Assembly (NCBI GenBank): GCA_965153285.1
Contig: OZ229113.1
Reading direction: 5' to 3' (one strand)
Length of the DNA stretch: 64,000 bases
Origin: Podarcis tiliguerta
Taxonomy: Eukaryota
Part shown: positions 49,998-63,187 of the stretch, piece after piece
How the letters are laid out: the number at the start of each line of letters is the position of its first letter
How positions within the stretch are numbered: position 1 is the first letter of the stretch
Made by a program: the position numbers and the translations under genes
The notes under the pieces: model-generated
The model's database searches: none
Told to the model about the DNA's origin: nothing
The model's input: the letters and a program-made list of their open reading frames with translations, nothing else

Positions 49998-52900
49998 ACT
50001 ACAGATGAATTTAGAAAATAATTGCCTATCTTGTTCAGCCATATTATTTGCTTATTTATTTAGCAAGTTGTTTAGATCACTTAATCAAAAAATAAATCTA
50101 GAATTCAACACTATTACACTGGCTGTAGCAAAATTCCTCTCAGAGGCAGTAAAAATCAGAAATTTGTATGTGCGGGCGAAAGCTCCTCTGTTGGCTAGCA
50201 TGGCCGATTTTACACCTTAATAACTGTTGATATTTATTTTTGTTGTATGTATATTTTGGGTCTATGGACTGCAACAAAGCTGTGTGTGGGTTCACAGAAA
50301 AGAAATAAAATGTCTATAATACAATATTGTTTAAAAATCACAGGCTTTGAAAAATCACTTGAGGTTTCAGTAGATGAGATGACCAGCTGACGTATGATTA
50401 CATTCCTCTGTTGAATTTCTTGAGAGGTAAACTGGCAAAAGTCTGAATATTGGTGGTTTGATAAAACAAGGACCACATTGTTAAAAAGAATGCAGTCAAC
50501 CCAGCCATTGCTTTTGGGGGGATAGTCCTCGGTTTAAATAGTTAGGCACAGCAAATAGTATTCAATACACAAATACATAGTGATTAATAAAAATGAAGGG
50601 CTATAGTGCTTTGCCCTGTCAAGAAGAATGGAGAGCAATGTCAGGCTGCGAGGTTTGAACTCTGAAATTATATTGGTCCAATTTGTCTGAATGGGTCTTG
50701 CAGTGCATTGATTTAGCTGAACTTTCCCTTAACTCCAGAGTTCCCCAGAGCTTGCTGATTTGTCTTGGAATAACCCTCAATAGTTTATATTTTTAAAACT
50801 CTGGTTACGTATTTGTAGGAATTCATAAGGTCTGTGCCCTCATCTGTCCTTTGCTGGCCACTTGGAAGTACTTCAAAATTATATTGAGGCTTTTGGGACT
50901 CCTAACTCCTTGTAATCCGGAATATGTGATTTATTAAAAAAAGATGCCAACTGCCACATTGAATTATATTTGTTTTCAGAAATATCAGATCAGCAACTAA
51001 AATACTTTAAAAACAAACAATAGAAACCAAGCACTGACCTGAATCAGTTTCACAGATTTCTTTGAAAAGGATTCTGTGTCAGGGTTTATATAAGACACTG
51101 CAGGTGTTTGTAAAAGCATGCTGATTTTGAGGTCTTGCTCTCATGCTTATTTTTACATAGCTAAGTCAACCCATCTGGATATTCGTTTACAGAGGCTTTC
51201 TCTGTAGTAAACCAGTTTTGTATTGCACAGTTTTAATGGATTTCAATTGTATTTCTGTGTTTTATTGTCTTGTAAATCACTTTGGGACTTCTTTCTGGAA
51301 CATGATGTGTTATGTAAGTTTAAGATACGAAAACATAATTATAAATATTTGGTGATCTTCTAACACATATAAAAATGTAACCCCCTAGTTATTTTAATAA
51401 CAGAAAAAGAGCCCTGCAGGATAAGATCAAAGACCCATCTAGTCCAGCATCTTGTTCTCACACGGGCCAACCAGATGCAGTGGAAGTAGAACATATCCAT
51501 CATGACTAGTAGTCACCAATAGACCCATTCTTGATCAAGTTGTCTGTCCCACTTTAGAGCCTTCCATGTTGGTAGCTGTCACTGCATCTTGTCATAGTGA
51601 ATTCCATAGTTTAAATATTCACTGTACCAAACCGTTCAGGGAGGCTATGTTGATAGAAAAGGCACTTCACTTCAGAAGTTACTTCTCCACCTGGGAGGGG
51701 CCAGAGGAACCTTGTGACTTCTGGGGCAGGGAGGTAAATGTATATCCCACAGACCCACTTTGTATCCACATTGACCCTTCATTCAGAAAATGAGTGAAGA
51801 GGTCTTGAGGTATGTTAGAACATTTTCAAGGCTAGGCTAGCGTGCCAAGTATTGGAAAAGATGACTTGGGTTGACTTCACTAAATTAAAAAATGACTGTA
51901 TGAACTGACTCTAATACTATCCCAGATAATAAATTTTGTACCCACCAAAGGAAGATTGGAAGTGGGTTGCCAGGTCACCATTACTTTGGCCGTGGCAAGG
52001 GCACACCAGATGCTGAAAGAAGTCATGTGTTTCTTGAACAATATAAAATAAAATTCTGTGGTTCACTGTAGGGGAAAAAACATTTCGAAACTGCTGATCT
52101 AAAGAAACAAAGATTCAGCAGAAAAGCTAATGATGACACAGCAGTCAGACCAAATGCTCTTTCAAATTACCTGCCTTTACAGTTTCCCTTTTTTCCCTTT
52201 TTCCCTTTTCTTTTTTGGCGAGGATAGGGTTCTGTACCTTCCCAGACCAATACTCCTGACTTCAACCAATTGCTTTTGCTTCAATTATTTCTAAACCACT
52301 GATGGGCCTTTCAATTAGTGCTGCTTGCATAATTCCACACAAGGGCTTCCAAAGCTGCCCATTACATGGCAAATATTCCTCCTGATTAAGCAAAGGAAGC
52401 ACTTGATTGACTTTTGCTATAAATGCTGACATTCTGAGGCCAAAGATAAAACCCATTTACAATCTTGAAAGCATTGGGGCTATCTTTAGGAAAGATTTCA
52501 ACTTCAAGAGAGGTGTTGGCATTGTCTTGGATTAATGTGTATGTCTTAAAGTCTTTGTATGCCAACAGACTGCAGACCTCTGCTTTCCTAACATGGTTAT
52601 ATGATGTGCCAGATAATGAAATCTTATGTTAAAGTTACAGAAAAGTGCACCCAGTAGATGCCAAAGACTGTGTGTGTTTCAGAATGCTCTATAACATGAA
52701 ACATGGGGTATTCTGGGAGAAAAGTGTTTTCAACTTCTTTGTGTACCAAGCGGCACAGAATGGAAAAAAAAAGGTTCTCTGCTGGGTTTATTTTAGTATA
52801 AGCACGTTAACTAGAATTGAAGTTAATTGACCTTTATATAATGGTTACACAGGACAGTACTTACGCTGTGCACATAGAGAGCAAGTTTATTTGAAAAGCA

Positions 52901-53868
52901 AATTGCATTAATTGACATTCATTGTGCAGCTTTCTGTTGTTTATTGCTAGCTGCTCATGTGAATAGTTTGTTGACGGTATAGATAGGACAAACATTTGTT
53001 TCTGATAAATAGGATTTTCAGTTGAGTAGGTTTTAATTGGATGAGTAGTACCTAGGCTTTTGTTTGAAATTATAAGGTACTGTACAGTGTGGAGCTAATC
53101 AATTCATGTAGAATTTTAAATGCTGAACATAACTTTTGAGAACTGCTGGCTTTTAATATCAAAACTCTTTGTCACTTCCACAACAATAAAGCACTTTTCT
53201 TCCCCTGTTCATTTTAATGCTTTGGGTGCTGGTGCTATTTGCACAAGCTAAGTTCTCCTGGTTTAGACTATAATTATTTCAAAGTTTTTATTTATTTTAT
53301 TTATTGCATTTATATCCCACCTTTTTTCTCGTAAGGAGCTGAAGGTGGCAAACATGGCTCTCTCCTTCCTTATTTAATTACCACCACAACCCTGTGAAGT
53401 AGGTTAGTGACCTTCGTGGCCGAGCGGAGATTTGAATCATGTTCTCCCAGTCCTAGTCTGACAATGGCTTTCTACCCACATCCTTTAGGTCTGTTTTCCA
53501 ATACTGGCTCCACCAAAATATTGCAAGTGGCTGGAGTAGACAGTGTACAGCAGGGGATGGTGAGTGACCAGGGCATTGGGGTATTGGGGAAAAGTGGATT
53601 TTGCTAACCACTAGTTCCAGTGGTGGAGTGTGTGCCTGGGGCAGCTGTGTGTGCCCACACATGCGTGCGCACGCATGCCAGGGGCAGGGTGGAAAACAAA
53701 CGGAGCCCATCGCTCATACTCAGCCCTCGCTGCCACTAGAGCGACACCAGCCCCAAGTGGAATGGCAGTTGTTCCCTTCTCGCGCCACCCTCCCCAGATC
53801 TGAGCCTTGCGAGGCCACTTGGGGAGGGTGGGGAGGGGATGCGACAACTGTGCACCCTTCGATCACAG

Positions 53869-54004
53869 CAGGCGTAGGCAAATTCGGCCCTCCAGATGTT
53901 TTGGGACTACAACTCCCATCACCCTTAGCTAACAGGACCAGCGGTCAAGGATGGTGGGAGTTGTAGTCCTAAAACACCTGGAGGGTCGAGTTTGCCTATG
54001 CCTG
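53869..54004. mobile_element. Young palindromic hAT MITE with perfect 8-bp TSD
   Basis: TIR CAGGCGTAGGCAAA / TTTGCCTATGCCTG; TSD GATCACAG at 53861-53868 and 54005-54012. Confidence 0.92.
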
Positions 54005-55836
54005 GATCACAGCCTCTGTTCCTTGCACCTGAAAATATTGTAACTTGTGCAGTCCCATATCTCACATCCTGCTCTAATACAGAATTCACTTTTGGGGGTC
54101 TTAGCTTGGAAGTTAGCACCTTGTTAACCTTCTTTCAGGTAATACTAACCAGGTATTAATTCTTTATTACGGGTGGCAGTCAACTACATTTTACTCAAAT
54201 TAGACCCATTGAGCTAAATGGACTTAATGTGGACATGTTCATTAAATTCAGTGGTTCTACTCCGAGTACAAAATTAGTTGCATATCACCCTTGGTTATTG
54301 CTTTAATATTTGGAAACTTGCAATCATGTACATGGGGCAATTCACACTAGTTCTTCCAAACGGAATTTGTTGCAAAGACAACAGTTGTGTGAAAGGCATC
54401 TGCATACTTCTACCACAAATTGGTTCCAGGCTTTCAAATATAAGAGAACCACAGAAAAGAACATATTCCATGCCAACATGGAAGCACCTGATAAAGTCAG
54501 AACCTGCCAGCTTCTGGCAAGTTCATTAGCAGAGTCCACTAGTGGGCCTATGGAGTCCAGAATGGATTCCAGAAGTTGCAGTGAGGAGTTGATCTTCTAC
54601 AGACTGATGAACAATATAGGTTCACTGAACCATTTTTAGATCAGAATACCATATTTTTCACCCATCTTTAGTAGGTTTTGCTTTGCACCTTACAAATTAA
54701 ATAAATTCCAATTTGTAACTAAAACTATATATTTTAAAAATGGGGGTTATATTGTGACATGTGAGCTTCTATGTTGATATTTTGTAATAATATAGAATAT
54801 GTTGTTATATGTTGTCTATGTTGTTATAATACAGAATAAAATGTTCTGAAAAATATTTAGTATAAATAATAGGGGTAGAAATGTAAACATTAACAATTAA
54901 ATGGACTCAGTGATATTGGTTTATTTTTCAAGGAGAGTACTTTTAAGAAGAGAATGGAAAAAACTTCATCGCAAGATACATGCAGACATGATAGTTCTCT
55001 GAGGGATAGACAATGTTATATACTCATTTTTCAACCTGTAATTGACTGTTCACTAATAAATAGAAATTTCTGAATGTCTATGTTTATATTAAGCACATTG
55101 AAGAAGGGTTTGAAATAGAGAATTAAGAAAAAGAAAATCACTTGCTTCTAATAACTCTCCTTTCACTTGTTTACAAAGAAAACAACAAAAGGAATAAGTA
55201 AACCCTTTATAAAAAGGAGCACATGCATAAAGTATTTGGAAGACACTACCCAGTGCGATTATAGTCTAATTTCTATGTATATTAACATTCCTTTACTTTA
55301 TGACAATATAAATCATTTTAAGTGATGATTAGAGTTAACTCTGCATTGCATTGTTGAAATTAGGGCAAGAAAAAATCATATTTAAATATTTGCCTGGCTA
55401 CATTTTAATCACAGTGGTGTTTTGGTGGTGGTGGTGAAGTATAATTAGATACAAAGGATAAGATAACTTGCAAAATAGCAATTACATACACTATTTACAA
55501 TATTTAGATTTTTTTTGGAAATGAACAATCTTGGAACTATAAACCAGTATCTAGTTACTCTCACATGATAGAAAAGCAGTTGACTGTACAAATAATGTAT
55601 AAAAATGCAAGTGTTCAAACATATGCAATTGCTCAAACATATAGAAGATTCAACAGACATATTTGTTCTTGCAGTTTTTTAAAAGATGGAAATCAAATGG
55701 CTTGTCCAGTCTTAACGTTCATTGATAATGCATGGTACTGTCAATTATTGCATGCCCAGACTAACAGATCAGTTCCATGCATTTGCTGAAGTGGCAAATT
55801 CATTGTGAGTCACTATGCTGGAAATGCGAGCCGTTT

Positions 55837-56036
55837 TCAGTTTGATTCAGTGATGGTGATTGCCCGCACCATGTCAGGCAGGTTCTCTGTATCCAGGTCT
55901 TCTTTGCTGTTATCTGAATTTTCTGGTGAGATGTAGCAACCAGAGTCTCTTGGACAGTCATTTAACTGTGACTTGTTAAAGCTGAGGTCAGGGCTTAAGG
56001 TCTGTGGCACTTGCTCTGCTTCTTGGTCTTGTTCAT
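55837..56036 (-). CDS. SAMSN1: SAMSN1 last coding exon (...DCPRDSGCYIS...ITITESN*)
   Basis: tacag| acceptor; SLy/SASH1-family PRDSGCY motif; TGA. Confidence 0.92.
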
Positions 56037-56789
56037 CTGTAAAATTGAAACAATATGCTATAAAAATCCCTTTGAGTAAAAGATTGATAGTTATGTGGCT
56101 GCTTTGGTTCGACCTGCAGGAAGGGCACCAGACAACTTACAAGCCAATTTCTATTCATATCACAGAAAGCCAGTGTAGGGTAGCAGTTAGAATTGGGGAG
56201 GCCTGGATGCAAATCCCAATTCAACCATAGAGTTCACTGGGTGACCTTGGCTCCTGTCATGATCTTTCACCTAAAACACCTTGCAGGATTGATGCAAGGA
56301 CAACATGAGTTGAACTCTGCTCATAACCCTGAACTCTGGGGAAGGAAGGCGGAATTTAAAATGTCAAAAATAAATCATAACCAAAAGTGGCATGTTTTCG
56401 TAGCATCCTAACCCTGTAGGAAGAATCATATGTGAAAAGCAGTGTTGCACGTGCTTCCCCAAAAGGTGAAAAAAACCACTGCTCCAGCAACAGCAGGGGG
56501 CACAATCTACCGTTGGGGAAAGAGAAACGGAGGGCTGATTTCTTCCACCAAATTTATTTATTCATTTCTATGTCATAGACCTATTCAAAAATGGAGTGTA
56601 TGAATCTCAAAACCAAAACAACATGACAAATAGAATCAAAGCAAAATACAAAATGGAAGGAAACAGAAGTGCAGAATGACTCGTCCTACAAGGAAGTTAT
56701 AAAAAGTAGATAATTTTCACAATAAATAATCAATTTATAAGTTTTTGCCTAAAAAAACACCTCATTACAGATGGCAACCAGTTTGATTT

Positions 56790-57730
56790 CAAACTTAAAT
56801 TTCATTACAGAGAGAGTTCTACACCACCAGTGCCACTACACTAAATTCCCAATTCCTTGTTGAGGGCAGTCGAACACTGCCAAGCCCTGTCAGACATGCC
56901 TCAATGTCAGAATGCAAAGAGCAGGCAGAGGTACAAGGAGTAAGGTGATCTTTTAAGAACACTGGCCACATTTCTTTTGGGGCTTTATATACTAATAGTA
57001 TAATAGCAATGACTAACCTAGACAGCATCTTAAAAAGCAGAAACACCACCTTGTCGACAAAGGTCTGTATAGTTTAAGCTATGGTTTTCCCAGTAGTGAT
57101 GTATGGAAGTGAGAGCTGGATCATAAAGAAGGCTGATTGCTGAAGAATTGATGCTTTTGAATTATGGTGCTGGAGGAGACTCTTGAGAGCCCCATGGATG
57201 ATCAAACCTATCCATTCTTAAGGAAATCAGCCCTGAGTGCTCACTGGAAGGACAGATCCTGAAGCTGAGGCTCCAATACTTCGGCCACCTCATGGGAAGA
57301 GAAGACTCCATGGAAAAGACCCTGATGTTTGGAAAGATTGAGGGCACTAGGAGAAGGAGACGACAGAGGGCAAGATGGTTGGATAGTGTTCTCGAAGCTA
57401 CCAACATGAGTTTGACCAAAATGTGGGAGGCAGTGGAAGACAGGAGTGCCTGGCGTGCTCTGGTCCATGGGGTCATGAAGAGTTGGACATGACTAAACGA
57501 CTAAACAACAACAATACTAATAGTAAGACCTTGAAGATAATTCAGTAGTATACTGGCAGCCAGTGCAACTCCTTCAACACAGGTGTTTATATAGGTATCT
57601 GTAGCCTATGCCTGAGAACAACAGGGCTGCAGAATTGTAAGCAGGTTGCAGCTTCTGAATGAGCCTCATGGGTAGCTCAACAGATAATGCATTGCAATAG
57701 TCCGTCCTTCAGTTTACCAATGGTAGAACC
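56790..57730 (-). mobile_element. Old L2 fragment interrupted by BovB
   Basis: remnant LLVYKA...VFLKDHL...STRNWEFSVVA in ORF 56819-57049; L2-like sequence resumes after 57525; boundaries approximate. Confidence 0.6.
57001..57513 (+). mobile_element. BovB (RTE) LINE 3' fragment with 12-bp TSD
   Basis: BovB C-terminal peptide; TSD ATACTAATAGTA at 56989-57000 and 57514-57525. Confidence 0.92.
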
Positions 57731-60700
57731 ACTAGAACCCAAACACCTTACTCCAAAAGATCAGCTTTGGATCAACCTATGGAGCAGCTAAATTCATCCT
57801 TTGCCCTATTTGGAAGGAGGAAATGCCAGCACTGTAGCACCTATGGGCCAGAAAAGCCCATTAGGAAGAGGTGTAAGTGAGCTGCCTCTGCTCCATGCAA
57901 ACTGTTCTATCAAGGGGTTGTTGGCCAAATGTGGAGGAGACTCCTCCCAGTCCCAGCAGGAGTGCATCAGCTGTCCCTTCAGGCCACTCCTGGGACCCTA
58001 ACTAAACTGAGACCTTGCTATACCAAAGGACTACAAAGACCAGAAAATTGAAGCAAATGCCAATCTTCAATCTTCTAATTTCAAAAGCAGCAAGCTTGCT
58101 TCGTGACTCAATGCACAAGTTTTGATTTGAAGCATTGTACCACTTAAGGCAGATGCTGGTTTTAATCTGTTAAATATTAGTTAAAGGCCCAGGATAGAAT
58201 TTTTTTTAAAGGGCTACTATTAAATGTTGCAGAATCAGCGGAACATGCTATCTTATCAGCTACTAGAAGTCATGTAATTTTCCTAAAGCATAGCAGTTTC
58301 ATAAAAGATAAATGGCTTTCAGTCAGAGTTGTCTAAGATAGGGTTAGCACAGTCTATGATATGCATCATTTTGACATGTATAGTCTGATACTACTTTAGT
58401 CTGTAGGATTAGGCTATGGATATTGAAGAAATATAAGGCTGATGCATACACACTGACAAGAGCTATGCTATAAATATTCATTATCTCCATTTTTGCCCTT
58501 GTTTTGCCCTTGGAACCTGCCTTTGCAAATGTACAGGTGTCTAGATCACTGCAATGGAAGTTGTGACAATATGGCTTGCTTCATAAAGAAAATTGCCATT
58601 GAAAGGATCTTTGTGTGGAGAATAATTGCTGTATGCATGAGTTTGACATCCCCTGGTGAAGCTCTAGATATGTCCTTCAGTTGAACCACAGGTCCATTTA
58701 GAACTGATCGTCAGATCCAAATAGAGATATGTGCTAGTTCTGCTGGGATACAACACACGCTCTGTAGATGAGTGATTGCATGCTTAGTTTTTCCCTCAAG
58801 TATAAAGACTCCTAGACACATAATCTAGCACATAAGGGAGATGGATTCTAGCATAGTGATATGCTAGTTTTCTATTTGCAGAAAATCCAGGCATGTAGTC
58901 CATGGGCCACCTGCGCTCTTAGAATCCCAAGAGTTGTGTCCTGCAATATTTCAGTGGTGAGTCACAACAATCATTTTGATTCCTCACTGTGAAAACTGTG
59001 CAGGTGATGGGTTTACAGTGTAAAGGGCTCTTATTACCCAAAACACAATTGTTATAAAGACACTGGATGATGTTCTAGTCGCTGTATTCTTGGGGTCAGT
59101 TCAGTTCTCGAGAAAGTGGTCTGAGGGCTGGAAGTTCATTTCATCATACAATTCAATCCCCTTGATTGGTAATAAAACTCATAACAATAAAGTAGACATC
59201 TTTTAGCTATAATAACAGCTGCAGATTTGCTCGGGTGGTGGGTGGGGAGCTCAATTGAATTTGCCACGGCTTCACATGGAAGGGATTCACAATGGATTTT
59301 TAGCAGTACAAATCCTGTTCACAAGATCAGGGTCAGTCTTCTTTGGAATTTATTTTAGGAAAAATAAAGTTATTGTTGATGTAATTTATTTCCTGTAGAG
59401 TCAAACTAATGGAAGGCCAATTGTCTGAATTTTGGGAAACTGAAAAAAACTCACATGTCATATTTGGCCCATATGTGAGTCAGCCATCTAAACCTTCAAA
59501 AGAGGAGCCCTAGTGCTATGGATCTTTGTTAAAGGAAGACAAGCTTTTTATTTTAAGTGGAATTTTCCCATATAGTCTCAACAAAAGATCATTTCTATTT
59601 GTAGGTGATGCTTATATTTTTGTCACTTTAGTGTAATTTCTGTGGTCAGAATCTAGATTCTCTTGTACAATTGGGTAATTATGCATCTCCCTTCTAAGCA
59701 GTACAGATAATCAATTTTAATTAGGAAATCATTTATAGTAGACAGAGTCATGCCTATTTAAGAAAAAAATATTGACCTTGGAAAGTTGATTTCAGATGCA
59801 ATATTTAGTTACAACAACGATGTCCAGCTTTTTCAACCCAATTTTCCACTCGGGTTGACTTAAACACAATGGTATTGCCAAGGTCATGCAGAATTAGTTA
59901 CTCTGCTAAGAGTTAACCCCAGGATCATGCTGGCTGCCGTTCTTTCATTATAATTACTTGACTGGATGACCTAATATATCCCATTGCATACTTTTGAAGG
60001 TTTTTCTTATCTTCCGCATTACCAATCTACACTGGGGGAAAACGCTACTGTTCTATAGGAAAGATCAATTTGCCATTGAGACCCGCTTCAAGTTTCTTTA
60101 TTAAAGTGTTCCTTATACATGCATTAAGCTAAGTGCAGAATGTCTTGCTAAGAGCTTCTTTATAACTATGAGTCAGATAGTGGGCCCTGCAGTCCTATGG
60201 CTTCTGCAAGAGCATCAAAGGGCCTTTTGGAAGCATTAGATCTCCCTCTCTAGGGGTAGAGGGAGTTACTTCAGAGATTCCTCCATCTGACATCATGAAG
60301 ACATACATGGTCCTGGCCCTATGGAGCTCCTACCTCTGTATAACCAAAAAGGTGCTCAGGTGGTTTGGGGTCAGTTTGACTGCACACTATCTAGCTTGAT
60401 CAATTACTGACAGTTCAGCCCCTATTAGTTCAGCCCCTATTACTCCCTCCTTATACAGCTAGAACTCAGGGTCATCCCATGAAGCTGAGTGTTGGCAGAC
60501 TGGAAGTATATTTTAAAGGCACTCCTATGGTAGCACATTAGACCAGGGGTAGACAAGGGGATACCTTTCAGATGTTGCCAGAAAAAACCCCAATTAGCCC
60601 TGACTATTGGCCATACTGGCTGGGGTTGATAAGAGCTGAAATTCAACCATGTTGGCTACTACTGTATTAGATCCCACCATCACCATCACAGTCTCTCCCC

Positions 60701-60781
60701 CCCCCCCCCCCGGGTAGGGGACATGGAGGTTTACACATAAAAGTGACAATATATAATACCAAATGGAAACCTCAGACATAC

Positions 60782-60932
60782 TTTCATAGTCCTGCAGATT
60801 CTCAATAGCCGACAGTAATCTTGTTCTGTCTTCTGGGTTTTCAATATTAAGTTCAATTAAATGGCTCTCTTTTAGATCTTTCAAATCTTCCAGAGTCTCA
60901 TAGCCATTTAGTAAGAGGGTTGATGAGTAGTC
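60782..60932 (-). CDS. SAMSN1: SAMSN1 SAM-domain exon (DYSSTLLLNGYETLEDLKDLKESHLIELNI)
   Basis: tttcag| and |gtatgt; phase 0-1; SAM consensus. Confidence 0.95.
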
Positions 60933-61012
60933 CTGAAAAAAACAACATACTTCTGTTAATTTCTCCATTGACAGTTTTTTCTCTTTTGATTGTATCGCTG
61001 AAGAGAAAAGCA

Positions 61013-61014
<2 letters not shown>

Positions 61015-61045
<31 letters not shown>
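61015..61045. repeat. (TG)15 microsatellite
   Basis: direct reading. Confidence 0.95.
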
Positions 61046-61047
<2 letters not shown>

Positions 61048-61951
61048 CAGGGGTGTGAATCCTGATTTGGCCCTGACTTGGCATTTCAGAAAACAGGCTG
61101 CCTTGTTCTGGTAGGGCACTTGGTTCCCCCCTGCTACATTCAGTAATGGGGCATTTTATTCCTTTTGACAAAATTGAATGACATTTGCAGGCATAGTAAT
61201 CCCTCCAGAAGCTAAACTTGTCAGTCACAAAGAACTCTCCCCACTCTGGTGTTTTCCGTATATGCTTCAGTGGCCCCCAGTTTGGTTCAGAGCACTCCAG
61301 AGAGATCCTGCTTCAGCTTGGATAAGTCCAGAATCTTTCTGAAGCTCCCAAGCCTCAGTTCTACTCAGGATTCATCTGAAGATTTTATTGACCTTTCCTT
61401 ACAACTGCTTCACTTTGGCAAGATTATTCCCAAGTTTTTTAGAAATGCACTCAGAACTTTATATGTTTTTCTTTATTTATACACCTACAGTTTCAGTGAA
61501 AGGTTTCAACAAGCAAGCTGGGGCAAACCTAACCCTTTGAAGACCTTTTCTCCTACTTTACAATTGATTTACATTCCTCTTTAATGCAGTTTTCAAACAA
61601 ATCATTGCTGAATATTATATAAAGAAAAATTTATATCTAATTTGCAGGAGGAAATCATTATGTCACCAGTATAATTTATAAGTATGCCATTTCAAGCAGG
61701 ACTGCATTTTTTGCACACAACATAAAGTGCAGTAGCACAGCCATGTCTTTTATTTTGTGGCACGCTATGTATTTATAGGCATACATTTCTGAAGACTGTC
61801 CATGTGAAAAAAAAGCATTTGTGTATCTTACTGTGCAAAGTTAAGAAGAGTAATTAACAACAGAAAATGACATTGTGATTCTGAAGCATTAATAAAAATG
61901 CTGATTATATTGCATTACATCAATGCTGTAATATTTTTCTATGGTTTAAAA

Positions 61952-62164
61952 AGTGGTGACCAAACTTTTTCAAAGAGGGCCAGATTTGATGACGTGAAGG
62001 GCCATGGGGGCCAACCAAAGGGCCAACCAAGGTTGTTGACCTTTTTTTAGGATTGAAGTTGAGGTTTTTTAAGGATTTTATCCCAGGAAATAAACTGCAC
62101 AGGGGCCGGATTAAACCAACCGGCGGGCCGGATTAGACCCCAAAACGGACTTTGGACATGCCTA
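61952..62164. mobile_element. hAT/Charlie-like non-autonomous element
   Basis: GTGACCAAACTTTTT...GGGCCAGAT left end, GGGCCGGATT repeats, TTTGGACATGCCT right end. Confidence 0.6.
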
Positions 62165-63022
62165 GTTAAATAGACCAATACTATGTGTGGAAGTTTCATA
62201 TACCTTAGGAGCTACATTGAAATCAGCTACAAACCATTCTCTAGTGATAAAGAAAGTGGAGTGAAGGATTTTTATTAATGAAATATTAAGTATACAATTG
62301 ACAGGTTCTTCGAAAGAATTGCCGCTTCAGGATAGGTTTATATCCTTGCCTATGGCTCAGATTTGGTTCCTGATGTCTACTTGTTGTCTCAGATCTGATG
62401 AATTATAATCTTAATTATATAAATATCAATTTGATTTGTTTTTTATACAGAAGCTTTCTTAAGCACTGGAAGCTTGTATCACGTATTATTTTAGCAACCC
62501 TTACAACACTTTGTTCAGGTTATTGTTATTTTATCTGTATTACAGTCAAAGAAATAATACATCCCTCCATATAGGACTGTTGTAAAATGAGGGAGGATAC
62601 TCTATGGTCCTCCAGTTGTTGTTCAAATCCCATCAACCTCAGTCAGCATAGCCAATGGTCGGAGGTGGTGGGAATTTAGTCCAGTAACAACCGTAGAATC
62701 GTAGATTACCCCAACAATTTTATAACCTGATCATTCATTTTAGACAATATATACCCTACCTTTTCCTCTGAGGACAACCAAAGCAGCTATTTTAATAGAT
62801 GTATGTGAAACGCTTTGAATGCTGAGAAAATACAAGTGGTAAGATTATATATTGTTGATTTTATGCATGTCATCAGATCTGGGTCACCTGGGAGCTTGGA
62901 TCTAATTTCACAAAGTAACCCCCAAACTACATTGTCAGAGACATATTACTGTATATTGATGTTACCAAACATCAATATAAATCTGAGAAACTTTCCTATT
63001 CTGCAAATGTGCCACCTGTGAC

Positions 63023-63187
63023 CAGTGGCGTAGCGTGGGGGGTGCAGGGGGGGCCGGCCACACCAGGCGCAACATCTGGGGGGGGGCGCTCGCACTCGCA
63101 GCTCTCTGCCCCTACTAAAATCCACGGGTTAGGGGGCGCAAATTACTTGCCTTGCCCCGGGTGCTGACAACCCACGCTACGCCACTG
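63023..63187. mobile_element. Young GC-rich hAT MITE
   Basis: perfect 17-bp TIR CAGTGGCGTAGCGTGGG / CCCACGCTACGCCACTG; perfect TSD CCTGTGAC at 63015-63022 and 63188-63195. Confidence 0.93.

Larger units (their letters stand above)
36221..54840 (+). pseudogene. Candidate decayed multi-exon gene or spliced lncRNA divergent from HSPA13 (unidentified)
   Basis: AG/GT-bounded non-repetitive islands (36221-36336, 36618-36699, 36782-~37011, 37976-38086, 39908-39986, 40132-40212, 40290-40493, 40570-, 48365-, 48881-49046, 50344-50426, 50980-51103, 52228-); joined frames are protein-like but interrupted by TAG/TGA. Confidence 0.4.

Noticed and set aside
54278-54639. Overlapping ORFs of 83 and 109 aa as a stand-alone small gene
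   Set aside because: No promoter or convincing start; at most a frameshifted last exon of the putative fossil gene
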